Shown here: in pieces, positions 6,982 to 16,935 of the stretch
How the letters are laid out: every line of letters starts with the position of its first letter
Position numbering within the stretch: position 1 is the first letter of the stretch
NCBI GenBank assembly: GCA_037139975.1
Contig: JBAXFJ010000004.1
Coordinates: 1 to 57,431, forward strand
Direction of reading: 5' to 3'
Source of the DNA: a bacterium
Lineage (GTDB): Bacteria > Patescibacteriota > Minisyncoccia > Phycocordibacterales > SBAW01
DNA length: 57,431 bases
The notes under the pieces: model-generated
Told to the model about the DNA's origin: nothing
Seen by the model: only the letters and a program-made list of their open reading frames with translations
The model's database searches: none
Position numbers and translations under genes: made by a program

Positions 6982-7869
6982 ATGGAAAAAGCCGAGATAG
7001 AAAAAAGAATTGGGGAGATTGAGACGGCGATGGGAGCGTCTGACTTTTGGACTGATAAAAACAAAGCGCAAAGCCTTGTGCACGAACTCAAAGATTTAAA
7101 AGAAGAGGCAGAGCATGGTGGCGGCGCAAATTTTGATAGAGGCAACGCTATTCTCTCTATCGTATCTGGCGCGGGTGGCGACGACGCCGAGGATTTCGCA
7201 CAAATGCTTTTAGGGATGTATCGTAAATTTTTAGAGGGCCGTGGTTGGGGGTATAAGGTGTTGCACGAAAACAGGAACGACCATGGCGGCTATCGCAACC
7301 TCTCTATCGAAGTAGAAGGCAAGGGTGCATACGGCACACTAAAAAACGAATACGGCGTGCATCGACTTGTGCGCATCTCGCCGTTTAATGCCAATCAAAA
7401 AAGACAGACGTCGTTTGTGCTGGTCGAAGTCTTGCCAGTCTTTGCAAAAGTGGGTAGTTTTGATTTGCCTGAAAGCGAGCTCGAGATTAGCTTTGCGCGC
7501 TCGGGCGGCCCCGGTGGGCAGAACGTGAACAAGCGCGAGACGGCGGTGCGCGTGGTGCATGTGGCGACCGGCATCTCGGCCCACGTTGACGGCGAAAGGA
7601 CGCAAGGTGCCAACAAAGAAAAAGCAATCGCGATAGTCAAAGCAAAGCTCGCGCACTTTTTGGAAGCGCAGCGCAAAGAAAAAATCTCGGACCTCTCAAC
7701 TGATACCAATAAGATAGAGTGGGGAAGTCAAATTCGCTCGTATGTCCTCCACCCCTACAAACTCGTCAAAGACCACCGCAGCGGCGTCGAAGTCCACGAC
7801 GCCGAGTCGGTCCTCGACGGCAACCTCGAACCGTTTTTAGAACAGAAAGGAGGAAAAGAGACAGAGTAG
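6982..7869 (+). CDS. prfB: Peptide chain release factor 2 (short form)
   Basis: GGPGGQNVNK, HRLVRISPF (SPF motif), WGSQIRSYVLHPY. Confidence 0.93.
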   Translation: MEKAEIEKRIGEIETAMGASDFWTDKNKAQSLVHELKDLKEEAEHGGGANFDRGNAILSIVSGAGGDDAEDFAQMLLGMYRKFLEGRGWGYKVLHENRNDHGGYRNLSIEVEGKGAYGTLKNEYGVHRLVRISPFNANQKRQTSFVLVEVLPVFAKVGSFDLPESELEISFARSGGPGGQNVNKRETAVRVVHVATGISAHVDGERTQGANKEKAIAIVKAKLAHFLEAQRKEKISDLSTDTNKIEWGSQIRSYVLHPYKLVKDHRSGVEVHDAESVLDGNLEPFLEQKGGKETE

Positions 7870-7935
7870 CCATTTCTTTTGTTCATAAACCCATTTTGCA
7901 TAGTTGGCGCGCGGGGGTACAATAGGTGGGTTGCT

Positions 7936-8616
7936 ATGATCTACTATGACCGGGTGAGTAAAATATATGCCGACAGCTCGGTTGCGCTCGAGGACGTTTC
8001 GTTCTCAGTCGAGCCGGGTGAATTCATCTCCATTGTTGGGCACTCGGGCGCGGGCAAGACGACACTTGTCAAAATGCTTCTCGCTGAAGAGAAGCCCTCA
8101 TCTGGCTCGGTCTTTTTTGAATCGATAAATGTGCACGAAGTACCATTGTCTCACGTGGGTGAGCTGCGTCGCAAAATCGGCACTGTCTTTCAAGACTTCA
8201 AACTCCTGCCCCAAAAGACCGCCTACGAAAACATCGCGTTCGCGATGGAAGCTGCTGGCCGTCCCGAGGCAGAGATCCACTCTGATGTGCCGCACGTGCT
8301 CAACTTGGTCGACTTGGGCGACAAGATGAACCACTTTCCTGGAGAGATGTCGGGTGGCGAACAGCAGCGCGTGGCCATCGCGCGCGCCATCGTCAACCAA
8401 CCCGACGTGATTGTCGCCGACGAGCCAACGGGCAACCTTGACCCGGTCAACACATTCGAAATCGTTCAAATCCTCAAAAAAATCAACGACCTGGGCACTA
8501 CTATTATATTAACGACTCACAACAAAGGCGTCATCGACGCACTCAAGAAGCGCGTTATCACCATGGACCGCGGCAAAGTCATCCGCGACGACCGCGAAGG
8601 AAAGTATATTTTGTAA
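7936..8616 (+). CDS. ftsE: Cell division ABC ATPase FtsE
   Basis: [40 protein letters not shown]; upstream of ftsX. Confidence 0.92.
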   Translation: MIYYDRVSKIYADSSVALEDVSFSVEPGEFISIVGHSGAGKTTLVKMLLAEEKPSSGSVFFESINVHEVPLSHVGELRRKIGTVFQDFKLLPQKTAYENIAFAMEAAGRPEAEIHSDVPHVLNLVDLGDKMNHFPGEMSGGEQQRVAIARAIVNQPDVIVADEPTGNLDPVNTFEIVQILKKINDLGTTIILTTHNKGVIDALKKRVITMDRGKVIRDDREGKYIL

Positions 8617-8655
8617 TAACGCACCACAAAACGAGTAAGGTATACTTAAAAATAT

Positions 8656-9591
8656 ATGAAAACGTTGGTATTCAAACGAGTGATACGTGCAGGGTTGCTG
8701 GATTTTTGGCGCAACGGTTTTGTGTCGCTTGCGTCTATCCTCGTGATGACCGTCACGTTGTTTGTGGTGGGGACGAGTATCTTTGCGGGGGTGATCCTCA
8801 ACTTTACGCTCGACCAATTGCGCGACAAAGCTGATGTGAATGTCTACTTTGCTACCACGGCGCCCGAGGATCAGATTTTACAGTTACAAAAATCAGTCGA
8901 AGCGCTGCCCGAAGTTGCAATGACCCACTACGTCAACGCCGCAGATGCGCTTGCGGCGTTTCGTGACCGACACCAGGGCGACCAGTTGACGCTGCAAGCG
9001 CTCGATGAGCTTGGGACAAACCCGCTTGGTGCGGTTTTGACCGTGAAAGCAAAAGATATTTCCCAGTATGATGCCATCGCACAATTTTTGCAGAGTCAGC
9101 AAGCGCTTTCAAGTGGGGGAGCGGCCAGCATCATCGACAAAGTCAACTATTTTGATGCCGACCATCGTGCAGCACTCGATCGTTTGCAAAAGATCACTGA
9201 CTCTGCTCAACGACTTGGGTTCATAATCATTGTTATTTTGATCCTCACCACCATCGCCATCTCGTTCAACACGATGCGTCTCGCCATCTATACCTCGCGC
9301 GAAGAAATTCAGGTGATGCGCCTGGTGGGGGCAGCGCGCTTCTATGTGCGGGCGCCATTCATGGTCGAGGGCGTGCTCTATGGGCTCATCGCAGGTGCCA
9401 TAACGCTCATACTTTTTTACCCGTTGACCTATTGGCTCGGTTCCGCAACCGAAAACTTCTTTGGCGGGGTCAATATTTTTTCCTACTACCTCTCGCACTT
9501 CTTTACCTTCTTTGTGGTCATAGTGGGCACAGGTGTGTTGCTGGGCGGCATCGCTTCGTTCTTGGCGGTGCGTCGCTATCTCAAAATTTAA
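8656..9591 (+). CDS. ftsX: Cell division permease FtsX
   Basis: NPL..LTVK, NTMRLAIY..REEIQVMRLVGA..VRAPF..EG. Confidence 0.92.
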   Translation: MKTLVFKRVIRAGLLDFWRNGFVSLASILVMTVTLFVVGTSIFAGVILNFTLDQLRDKADVNVYFATTAPEDQILQLQKSVEALPEVAMTHYVNAADALAAFRDRHQGDQLTLQALDELGTNPLGAVLTVKAKDISQYDAIAQFLQSQQALSSGGAASIIDKVNYFDADHRAALDRLQKITDSAQRLGFIIIVILILTTIAISFNTMRLAIYTSREEIQVMRLVGAARFYVRAPFMVEGVLYGLIAGAITLILFYPLTYWLGSATENFFGGVNIFSYYLSHFFTFFVVIVGTGVLLGGIASFLAVRRYLKI

Positions 9592-9619
9592 AATAAACGT
9601 ATAATCTCTGAAACACCGT

Positions 9620-11305
9620 ATGCCAGAAAAATCAGAACAGACAGAAAACACTACAGAGAGCACAAAGAGACAGCCAAAATATATTTTCGTTGTCGGCGGG
9701 GTGATGTCGGGTATCGGCAAAGGAGTTGCTTCGTCTTCAATCGGCAAGATTTTGCAAGCAAAAGGCTTCAAGGTCACGGCAATCAAAATAGACCCCTACA
9801 TCAACGTCGACGCAGGCACCATGAACCCCACCGAGCATGGCGAGGTGTTTGTGCTCGAAGACGGCTACGAGTGCGACCAAGACATGGGCAACTATGAGCG
9901 CTTTTTGAATACGACGCTGCCCTCAATCAACTACATGACCACTGGGCGGGTCTACCAGGAAGTCATCCGTCGCGAACGCAACTTGGAATATGGCGGAAAG
10001 AATGTTGAAGTGGTGCCCGACATTCCTCTCGAGGTGCTGCGTCGCGTCAGTGCGGCCCAAGCGGCTGCGGGCGCCGACGTGGTGATGGTCGAAGTGGGTG
10101 GTACCATCGGCGAATACCAAAACATCATCTTCCTCGAAGCGGCACGCATGCTCAAGCAGCGCAAGCCGCACGACGTGGCGGTCGTGATGCTTTCCTATGT
10201 GCCCATCCCTGGCAATATCGGCGAGATGAAAACCAAGCCCACGCAGTATGCCTCTCGCGAACTCAACTCGACTGGCCTGCAGGCCGATGTCATCCTGGCG
10301 CGCGCCGCGGTGCCGCTCGATGCAAAGCGCAAAGAAAAAATAGCAACGTTTTGCAACATTTTGCCCGAGCGCGTCATCTCGGCGCCCGACGTTGATTCGA
10401 TCTATGACGTGCCGCTCAACTATGAAAAAGACGGCATGGGCGATATTCTTTGTGAAATTTTAGGCCTCGAGAAGCGCCCCACCGACCTCGGCGCGTGGGA
10501 GCAGTTTGTCGCCAAATCAAAAAACGGTGGTGCGAAACTCGAGATAGCCGTGGTGGGCAAATACTTTCAGTCGGGCGACTATGTCCTCTCGGACGTCTAC
10601 ATCTCAGTGCTCGAGGCGCTCAAGCACGCGGCCTATGCGAACGGCGTCAAATTGAGCATGTCCTACCTCGACTCGGAAGCCTATGAAAAAGACCCGAGCA
10701 AACTCGCCGAACTGGAAAAATTCCACGGCGTCTTGGTGCCGGGCGGCTTTGGCGCGCGCGGGGTCGAGGGCATCGTGGCGACCATCCAGTATGCGCGCGA
10801 AAAGAAAATTCCCTACTTTGGTCTGTGTTATGGCATGCAGTGGCTCGTTGTGGAATATGCGCGCCACGTCGCAAACCTGGTTGGGGCAAACACGGCCGAA
10901 GTCGACATGAGCGCACCGCACGTGGTCATCGATGTGATGGAGGATCAAGTTGAGAAGCTCACCAAGCAAGACTATGGCGGCACGATGCGCCTGGGCACCT
11001 ATGAATGCCTGCTCAAAGAGGGAAGCGTTGTCCGCGAAGCGTACGGCACCAGTACAGTTTCAGAACGCCACCGCCACCGCTATGAAGTGAACCCGCAATA
11101 TATAGAACAACTTGAAAGTGCTGGTTTGGTTTTTTCGGGTCGCTCGCCATCGGGCAAGCTGATGGAAATAGCCGAGCTGCCCAAGACTGCACACCCTTTT
11201 TTTGTGGGCACCCAATTTCACCCTGAATTCCTCTCGCGCCCCTTGGCTCCCCACCCGCTCTTTGTTGCCTTCGTGAAGGCCGCGAACGAGCGTGTTGTTT
11301 CCTAA
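9620..11305 (+). CDS. pyrG: CTP synthase
   Basis: GGVMSGIGKG, KIDPYINVDAGTM, GLCYGMQ, ERHRHRYE, QFHPEF. Confidence 0.98.
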   Translation: MPEKSEQTENTTESTKRQPKYIFVVGGVMSGIGKGVASSSIGKILQAKGFKVTAIKIDPYINVDAGTMNPTEHGEVFVLEDGYECDQDMGNYERFLNTTLPSINYMTTGRVYQEVIRRERNLEYGGKNVEVVPDIPLEVLRRVSAAQAAAGADVVMVEVGGTIGEYQNIIFLEAARMLKQRKPHDVAVVMLSYVPIPGNIGEMKTKPTQYASRELNSTGLQADVILARAAVPLDAKRKEKIATFCNILPERVISAPDVDSIYDVPLNYEKDGMGDILCEILGLEKRPTDLGAWEQFVAKSKNGGAKLEIAVVGKYFQSGDYVLSDVYISVLEALKHAAYANGVKLSMSYLDSEAYEKDPSKLAELEKFHGVLVPGGFGARGVEGIVATIQYAREKKIPYFGLCYGMQWLVVEYARHVANLVGANTAEVDMSAPHVVIDVMEDQVEKLTKQDYGGTMRLGTYECLLKEGSVVREAYGTSTVSERHRHRYEVNPQYIEQLESAGLVFSGRSPSGKLMEIAELPKTAHPFFVGTQFHPEFLSRPLAPHPLFVAFVKAANERVVS

Positions 11306-11312
11306 AAGTTGT

Positions 11313-12068
11313 ATGTCGCTGAAACTTGTTTCACTCAACATTGAACGCTCAAATCACTTGGATCGTGTGCTGCCCTTTCTCGCCGCAGAGGCACCCGACG
11401 TTGTGTGTCTCCAAGAACTCATGGAATATGACATTCCGCGTTTTGCTCAGGAGTTTGGACCACATTTTCACTTTGATCCAATGACGATACATCAAGCAGA
11501 AGGTCGAGAAGGGAAAATGGGTGTTGGTATATTTTCACATAACCCATTTGTCGCAACTCGCACCCACTACTACCGTGGTAAGGCGGGCCAGGTCCCCACG
11601 CATATAGAAATGTCCGGTGCGGTCACTGAAGAGGAGAAGGGTCGCAGTGTCTCGGGCATGCTTTTAGTTGCGGAAATTATGCATGAGAATGCGTTGTATC
11701 GTGTCGGCACCGTGCATTTCACGTGGACAGCAAAAGGAGGAACAAACGATTTACAGCGGGCAGATCTGCACACTCTTTTGGAGCTTTTGGAACACGAGAG
11801 AGAAATTGTTTTCTGTGGCGACTTCAACGCGCCCCGCGGTGGAGAGATTTTCTCAAAGATCGCAGACGCGTACGCCGACAACGTCCCGTCCAAATACAAA
11901 ACGAGCATCGATGCAACCTTGCACCGCAATGGTCGCGACCGCCCAGAAGAGCTTGCCGACAAAATGGTGGACGGACTCTTCACCTCGCCACACTATCATG
12001 CCAAGGACGTTTCGCTTGTTCCCGGCATTAGCGACCACTGCGCTATTGTGGCGACCGTTACCATCTAG
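11313..12068 (+). CDS. Endonuclease/exonuclease/phosphatase family protein
   Basis: SLNIE, DVVCLQE, GDFN, SDH motifs. Confidence 0.88.
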   Translation: MSLKLVSLNIERSNHLDRVLPFLAAEAPDVVCLQELMEYDIPRFAQEFGPHFHFDPMTIHQAEGREGKMGVGIFSHNPFVATRTHYYRGKAGQVPTHIEMSGAVTEEEKGRSVSGMLLVAEIMHENALYRVGTVHFTWTAKGGTNDLQRADLHTLLELLEHEREIVFCGDFNAPRGGEIFSKIADAYADNVPSKYKTSIDATLHRNGRDRPEELADKMVDGLFTSPHYHAKDVSLVPGISDHCAIVATVTI

Positions 12069-12137
12069 CTGCTGCGCCCGTATTCTTGATGTAAGAAAGT
12101 TGTGCGTTTTGTGCCACAGAGGTGTAGAATGAAAAAT

Positions 12138-13403
12138 ATGAATAGTGCATACCGCAGGATATTTTCTGTTTTATTTGGTGCGTTCGCGTTTGTGGCGATG
12201 CTGCTGCCAGGGGCTGCGTTCGCGGCGCCGAGCGTTTCCAAATCAACAGGTGGCGACCTCACGGGCAAATCGCTAACCAAACCCTACCGGGGACCGCTCG
12301 AGTTTTCGGGCTGGGTGCCCGACTGGCGTGCAGCCTCGGGCACGCAAGACGTTTTGCCCCACCTCAAACAACTCAAGTCGGTGATGCCGTTTGGCTACCA
12401 AGTCTCAAACACGGGGCAACTCATCGACAATGCGCACATCACGCAAGGTCCGTGGCCAGCATTCATCGCAGCGGCAAAGGCAAAAAAGGTGCGTGTCGTA
12501 CCAAGCGTCGTGTGGGGTGATGGGCAGAACATCCAAGACATTCTCAGCGACACTGTTGCCCGTGTCTCGCTCGAAAACCAAATCGCATCCGAGGTCAAAG
12601 CAAGGGGTTTTGACGGCATCGACATCGACTTTGAGGCAAAACAGTCTCAGACGCGCGACTACTTCTCAACCTTCCTCAAGGGGCTCTACCAGCGCATGGG
12701 CAGCAAGTTGGTCTACTGCACCATTGAGGCGCGTCAACCGCTCGTCGACCGATACCTCCCCGGCGCGACCATCCCGCCCGACGCCACCGACTATGCCAAC
12801 GACTACAACATGCTCAACAAGTACTGCGACCGCGTCGAGGTGATGGCCTATGACCAGGGCACAACCAACCTTCGCCTCGACGCCGCGCGCTTGGCGCCCT
12901 ATGCGCCGGTCGCCGACCCGGGCTGGGTCTCGGACCTCGTCACCTTGGCCGCGCAAAATATCGCAAAAAATAAACTGATCCTCGGAGTGCCCACCTATGG
13001 CTACGAATATCAAGTCACCCCAACAGGCGGCTCCTTCAACTACAAAGTCCTTTGGGCATTCAACCCAAAGTATGCGCTCCAGATTGCAAAACAACTGGGC
13101 ATCACCCCCACGCGCACCAGCGCGGGCGAAATAGGGTTTACCTACAATCCCGCGCTTCTTGTTGCAGTTGCGCCCACCGGCACTGACTCGACCCAGACCC
13201 AGCAGTCGGCGCCCGTCACCGCCACCGTCCAAAACCAAGGCTCACAGATGAGCGGTTCTCAGCCCTTTAACTATGTCACGTGGGAGGATGCAGCGGCCAT
13301 CGCCGACAAAGTCGCTTTGGCAAGGTCTCTGGGCCTGCGCGGCGTTGCCGTCTTTAGTCTCGGTGGCGCCGAAGACCCCGGCATGTGGGCGGTACTGAAA
13401 TAA
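12138..13403 (+). CDS. Secreted glycoside hydrolase family 18 protein
   Basis: Signal peptide; GFDGIDIDFE catalytic motif, MAYD, LGVPTYG; start chosen from TAGAAT 7 nt upstream (12129 is the alternative). Confidence 0.88.
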   Translation: MNSAYRRIFSVLFGAFAFVAMLLPGAAFAAPSVSKSTGGDLTGKSLTKPYRGPLEFSGWVPDWRAASGTQDVLPHLKQLKSVMPFGYQVSNTGQLIDNAHITQGPWPAFIAAAKAKKVRVVPSVVWGDGQNIQDILSDTVARVSLENQIASEVKARGFDGIDIDFEAKQSQTRDYFSTFLKGLYQRMGSKLVYCTIEARQPLVDRYLPGATIPPDATDYANDYNMLNKYCDRVEVMAYDQGTTNLRLDAARLAPYAPVADPGWVSDLVTLAAQNIAKNKLILGVPTYGYEYQVTPTGGSFNYKVLWAFNPKYALQIAKQLGITPTRTSAGEIGFTYNPALLVAVAPTGTDSTQTQQSAPVTATVQNQGSQMSGSQPFNYVTWEDAAAIADKVALARSLGLRGVAVFSLGGAEDPGMWAVLK

Positions 13404-13481
13404 TTTCTGCTTGAGTTTAGGGCGTTTTTTAGGTACTGTGTGCATACATTACCAGTCCCGTTGGGGATGGTGGTTACCCAT

Positions 13482-13546
13482 TGCCAGATCGTCCCTCGGC
13501 CGTAGCCCGGCCTACGGGCGAGGCTAATGGTAGGACAACTGGTTCT
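13482..13546 (+). pseudogene. 5' half of a tRNA-Gln gene interrupted by a 31-nt hairpin
   Basis: tgccagatcgtc + [cctcggccgtagcccggcctacgggcgaggc] + taatggtaggacaac matches the first 27 nt of the tRNA at 13778. Confidence 0.8.
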
Positions 13547-13792
13547 ATGCAATACGTATACGTTCTAAGAAGCAAGAAAGATAACAAACTCTACATTGGT
13601 TGTACCGCCAGCATAGAGAAACGCTTGCTCCAGCATAATTGTGGTAAGGTTCGGTCGACCAAGGGGAGACTTCCTCTTGAGTTGGTGTACCAGGAAGCAT
13701 ATGCTGATACATACGAAGCGTTTCGGATGGAACGTTTCTACAAGACTCCAAAAGGCAAAAAGGAGTTACACAAAAATTGCCAGATCGTCTAA
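13547..13792 (+). CDS. GIY-YIG nuclease family protein
   Basis: YVYVLRS..KLYIGCT....RLLQHN.G...STK...P.ELVY.E; stop codon lies inside tRNA-Gln. Confidence 0.9.
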   Translation: MQYVYVLRSKKDNKLYIGCTASIEKRLLQHNCGKVRSTKGRLPLELVYQEAYADTYEAFRMERFYKTPKGKKELHKNCQIV

Positions 13793-13848
13793 TGGTAGGA
13801 CAACAGACTCTGAATCTGTTTATCTAGGTTCGAATCCTAGTCTGGCAG
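13778..13848 (+). tRNA. tRNA-Gln(CTG)
   Basis: Acceptor stem tgccaga/tctggca, anticodon stem acaga/tctgt with loop ctCTGaa, T-arm ctagg-ttcgaat-cctag. Confidence 0.95.
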
Positions 13849-14091
13849 CCCACTTGGACAACGTGCTAGTTCTAGCACTGTGTCGAAAGGTTTTCGCAAT
13901 GCAAGACGCTTGCGATACGCAACTGGTCTGAGATTATGGCCCAGTTGTCCATTGTCTTTCCTGACCGTGTTCAATTCTAACCCATATATTAATTAGTTAA
14001 TCGCTGGCGGGAGGGGTGCTGGCAGGAGCCGTGGCAAAATTGTCGCGGCTTTTTGCTTTGTTTTCAGTCCCAAATATGGTATACTGCAGGT

Positions 14092-14265
14092 ATGAAAAAG
14101 GCAGCCCAAAGCTACACTATTGGTCGCAACGCATTCGCCAAGATCAGCGCCGTAGAGGGTATCCACTTGACCCCAGAGCTGCGCAAAGACTTTCAAACAT
14201 TTGAGCAAAAGAACCTCTCTCATGCAGATAGGCGTGAAGCCATCTCCAAAAAATACGCTCACTAG
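14092..14265 (+). CDS. Small protein resembling Fic-associated antitoxins
   Basis: 57 aa with TIGRNAFAKISAVEG (S/GxxxE[G/N]-like); TATACT 6 nt upstream. Confidence 0.6.
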   Translation: MKKAAQSYTIGRNAFAKISAVEGIHLTPELRKDFQTFEQKNLSHADRREAISKKYAH

Positions 14266-14273
14266 CTCCCTGT

Positions 14274-14310
14274 ATGTACGACGCGGTACAAGACATTTTT
14301 TGACCCGGCG
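14274..14310 (+). pseudogene. Possible N-terminal remnant of a Fic toxin gene
   Basis: MYDAVQDIF*PG directly after the antitoxin-like gene; resembles Fic N-termini (D-P-Y-x-Y-P-G). Confidence 0.35.
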
Positions 14311-14552
14311 TCAGGACTGCGCGTCCATTTCTGCACACTGAGTTTTGGTCAGCAGCCCGCTGCGTATGAACGCCCAATGCAACCACTTTTTCATGTCGAA
14401 GGTGGGGGTGCGAGGCACTAACGCTTTTGTTTTGGTGCTCTGTATCTTCCCGCACCCCCTCCTTGGGGGGTATTTTTTCGTCTATCCACACACGTGTTGT
14501 GTGTAGTGTCTGGTTGTTTGCACGGAGCGCATGCCTTATACTTAGGGGTATT

Positions 14553-15242
14553 ATGGTAACACCAGAGGCACTCGCCTATGTGCGAGCAAAGCAAGCGACA
14601 GGTGCTCAAAAAGAAGAAATTACTAAAAGCCTTTTGGAAGTTGGGTGGGATGTGCAAACCATAGGTGAGATTTTTAGCGCACTCGAAAAAGAAAAGCCCG
14701 CAGAAAAGCCCGCAGTAGTTGCTGCCACTTCTGCTGCTCCGGTAGTGGCAGCGGCAGCTCCAGCAACTTCTGCGAGCGCTGCAACCGCTTCTCCAGCGGG
14801 CGCTGCGTCTGCGCACATTCCAGTGACGCCAACGCTACGTGCGCTCACTGCTATCGATGCGCAGCTCCGCGCTGGTGTCGATAAAAAGACCATACAAGCA
14901 CTTTTGCTTGGTGTTGGGTGGGAGGCTGCTGCGGTGGATGAAGCCCTGGTTGCGGTTGAGTGGGGTGAGAGTTTGTCGAAACCAGGTTCAGCGACGTCAG
15001 CATTGCTGGATGCGCACGCACCAAAGTTAGGGGTGGTTGAACACGCTCTTGCACAGATCCCCGCTGTGCCGACCAAGCGCGCACTCGTCGCCATTGACGC
15101 ACTGCTCCACAGTGGGGTGAGCAAGGGAAACATCCGCACACTGCTCACGGGCGTGGGGTGGGATATTCGTGCTATCGACGAAGCGTTTCTTGCGGTTGAG
15201 TGGCGCGACCAGTCAACTACCGAAACTCCTGCAACGCTATAA
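14553..15242 (+). CDS. Hypothetical protein with three copies of a short helical LLxxGW domain
   Basis: Repeats ..G..K..I..LL..VGW....I/VDEA; Ala/Pro linker. Confidence 0.7.
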   Translation: MVTPEALAYVRAKQATGAQKEEITKSLLEVGWDVQTIGEIFSALEKEKPAEKPAVVAATSAAPVVAAAAPATSASAATASPAGAASAHIPVTPTLRALTAIDAQLRAGVDKKTIQALLLGVGWEAAAVDEALVAVEWGESLSKPGSATSALLDAHAPKLGVVEHALAQIPAVPTKRALVAIDALLHSGVSKGNIRTLLTGVGWDIRAIDEAFLAVEWRDQSTTETPATL

Positions 15243-15287
15243 CAAAAACTCTTTTCAGAGCACTAAAACTCTGATATGGTGTGCAGT

Positions 15288-16151
15288 ATGTTTAAATTTC
15301 TAAGAATATTTTTTTTCAGTGTGGTCGGCATCTTTGCGCTCATTGGCGTGCTCTTTACCGCAGTGTTTTTTGCGATGCAGTTTGGTCTGCTCAATGTACG
15401 TGGCTCGATTGCTTCGCGTAATGCGTTTTTTGGGTTTCCTTCGGCGCCCACTGGGGGCGTTCTGGGGGTCGCAAGCAGTACGCCGCCGTGTGTTGATGCC
15501 GCGGTTGCTGTGTGCAATTGGACGCAGACGCCCGAATGGGCGGTCATCCAAGCTGGATTACTCAAGGATCAGAGTGTTGTTGCGCGGGTTAGCGCCGAGA
15601 CGGGGGTGCCCGCACGTATGATTGTTGCGGCTGCGGTGCCCGAACAAATTCGCTTTTTCACTGCTGAGCGGGAAGTGTTCAAACGATACTTCGAGCCACT
15701 GAAAATACTTGGCTCACTTTCACAATTCTCGCTCGGCGTCTCGGGCATCAAACAAGACACGGCAAATCATATTGAACAATATGTTGCCGATGCAAGCTCG
15801 CCGTTTTACCCGGGGCCCAACCTGTTGCGGTTTGTTGCCTACACCTCAGACGCCAACCATGACACGCAACTCTACGACCGCCTCACTGACCCAAAAGATC
15901 ATTACTATTCCTACCTTTACACCGCGTTGTATATCAAAGAAATTGAGGCGCAGTGGCAGCGTGCGGGGTTTGATATATCGCAAAACCCCGCAGCAGTGGT
16001 GACGCTCTTTAATATAGGGTTCAAAGGCTCGCACCCTGACCCGAATCCTGCTGCGGGCGGCGCTGCCATCACCACTGGCGGCACGACCTATGTATATGGC
16101 GAGCTTGGCGCAAACTTCTACAATTCAACCGAGCTCCCCGAGTTTCAGTAA
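15288..16151 (+). CDS. Membrane-anchored hypothetical protein, possibly lysozyme-like fold
   Basis: N-terminal TM; ETGVPARMIVAAAVPEQ..SLGVSGIK..TLFNIG pattern reminiscent of lytic-transglycosylase-like proteins. Confidence 0.5.
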   Translation: MFKFLRIFFFSVVGIFALIGVLFTAVFFAMQFGLLNVRGSIASRNAFFGFPSAPTGGVLGVASSTPPCVDAAVAVCNWTQTPEWAVIQAGLLKDQSVVARVSAETGVPARMIVAAAVPEQIRFFTAEREVFKRYFEPLKILGSLSQFSLGVSGIKQDTANHIEQYVADASSPFYPGPNLLRFVAYTSDANHDTQLYDRLTDPKDHYYSYLYTALYIKEIEAQWQRAGFDISQNPAAVVTLFNIGFKGSHPDPNPAAGGAAITTGGTTYVYGELGANFYNSTELPEFQ

Positions 16152-16195
16152 ACAAGGACAACAACACTCGGGATATCTTTGCTATACTAGGGTCT

Positions 16196-16918
16196 ATGTC
16201 AATACACCACCCAACAGCTGCTCACCCAGAGCCACATGGCGACACGGGTTCCTCGCAACTCAACTGGTTGCGTGCTGCTGTCTTGGGTGCCAACGATGGC
16301 ATCGTGTCGGTTGCATCGGTTGTTGTGGGGGTGGCTGGTGCTACCGACACCAGTAGTTTTATTCTCACTGCGGGCGTTGCGGCACTTGTTGGAGGGGCGC
16401 TTTCAATGGCGGTGGGCGAATATGTTTCGGTGAGCGCACAGCGCGACACTGAAAAGGCATTGCTTGAAAAAGAACGTTATGAACTCAAGCATTTTCCCGA
16501 AGCTGAGCTCGAAGAATTGGCGAGTATTTATGTTACAAAAGGACTCTCGCATGAAACCGCGCACGTGGTAGCGCGCGAATTGACCGCAAAAGACGCGTTT
16601 GCAGCCCACGTTGATGCCGAACTGGGCATAGATCCAAATGATCTGACTAATCCGTGGCACGCAGCATTTGCTTCGGCAGGAGCATTTCTCTCTGGTGGCG
16701 TTATTCCAATCATTGCTATTACGTTTGTGCCCGAAGCGGTGCGACTTTTTGCGACTTTTGGTGGCGTTCTCCTTGCGCTCGCGCTCACTGGGTGGGTGAG
16801 TGCATACGTTGGCGGCGCCAACAAAACGACCGCCACCGTTCGCAACGTGCTCGGTGGTGCGCTCGCAATGGCGACCACTTTTGGTGTGGGTAAACTCTTT
16901 GGTGTTGTGGGCTTGTAG
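16196..16918 (+). CDS. VIT1/CCC1 family Fe/Mn transporter
   Basis: LRAAVLGANDGIVS, SMAVGEYVSV. Confidence 0.95.
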   Translation: MSIHHPTAAHPEPHGDTGSSQLNWLRAAVLGANDGIVSVASVVVGVAGATDTSSFILTAGVAALVGGALSMAVGEYVSVSAQRDTEKALLEKERYELKHFPEAELEELASIYVTKGLSHETAHVVARELTAKDAFAAHVDAELGIDPNDLTNPWHAAFASAGAFLSGGVIPIIAITFVPEAVRLFATFGGVLLALALTGWVSAYVGGANKTTATVRNVLGGALAMATTFGVGKLFGVVGL

Positions 16919-16935
16919 GGGTGTATGATAGGGGC

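Noticed and set aside
13482-13985. Split or intron-containing tRNA formed from the 5' half plus ccagtt..gttcaattc downstream
   Set aside because: The candidate T-arm does not pair and no matching 3' acceptor strand follows.
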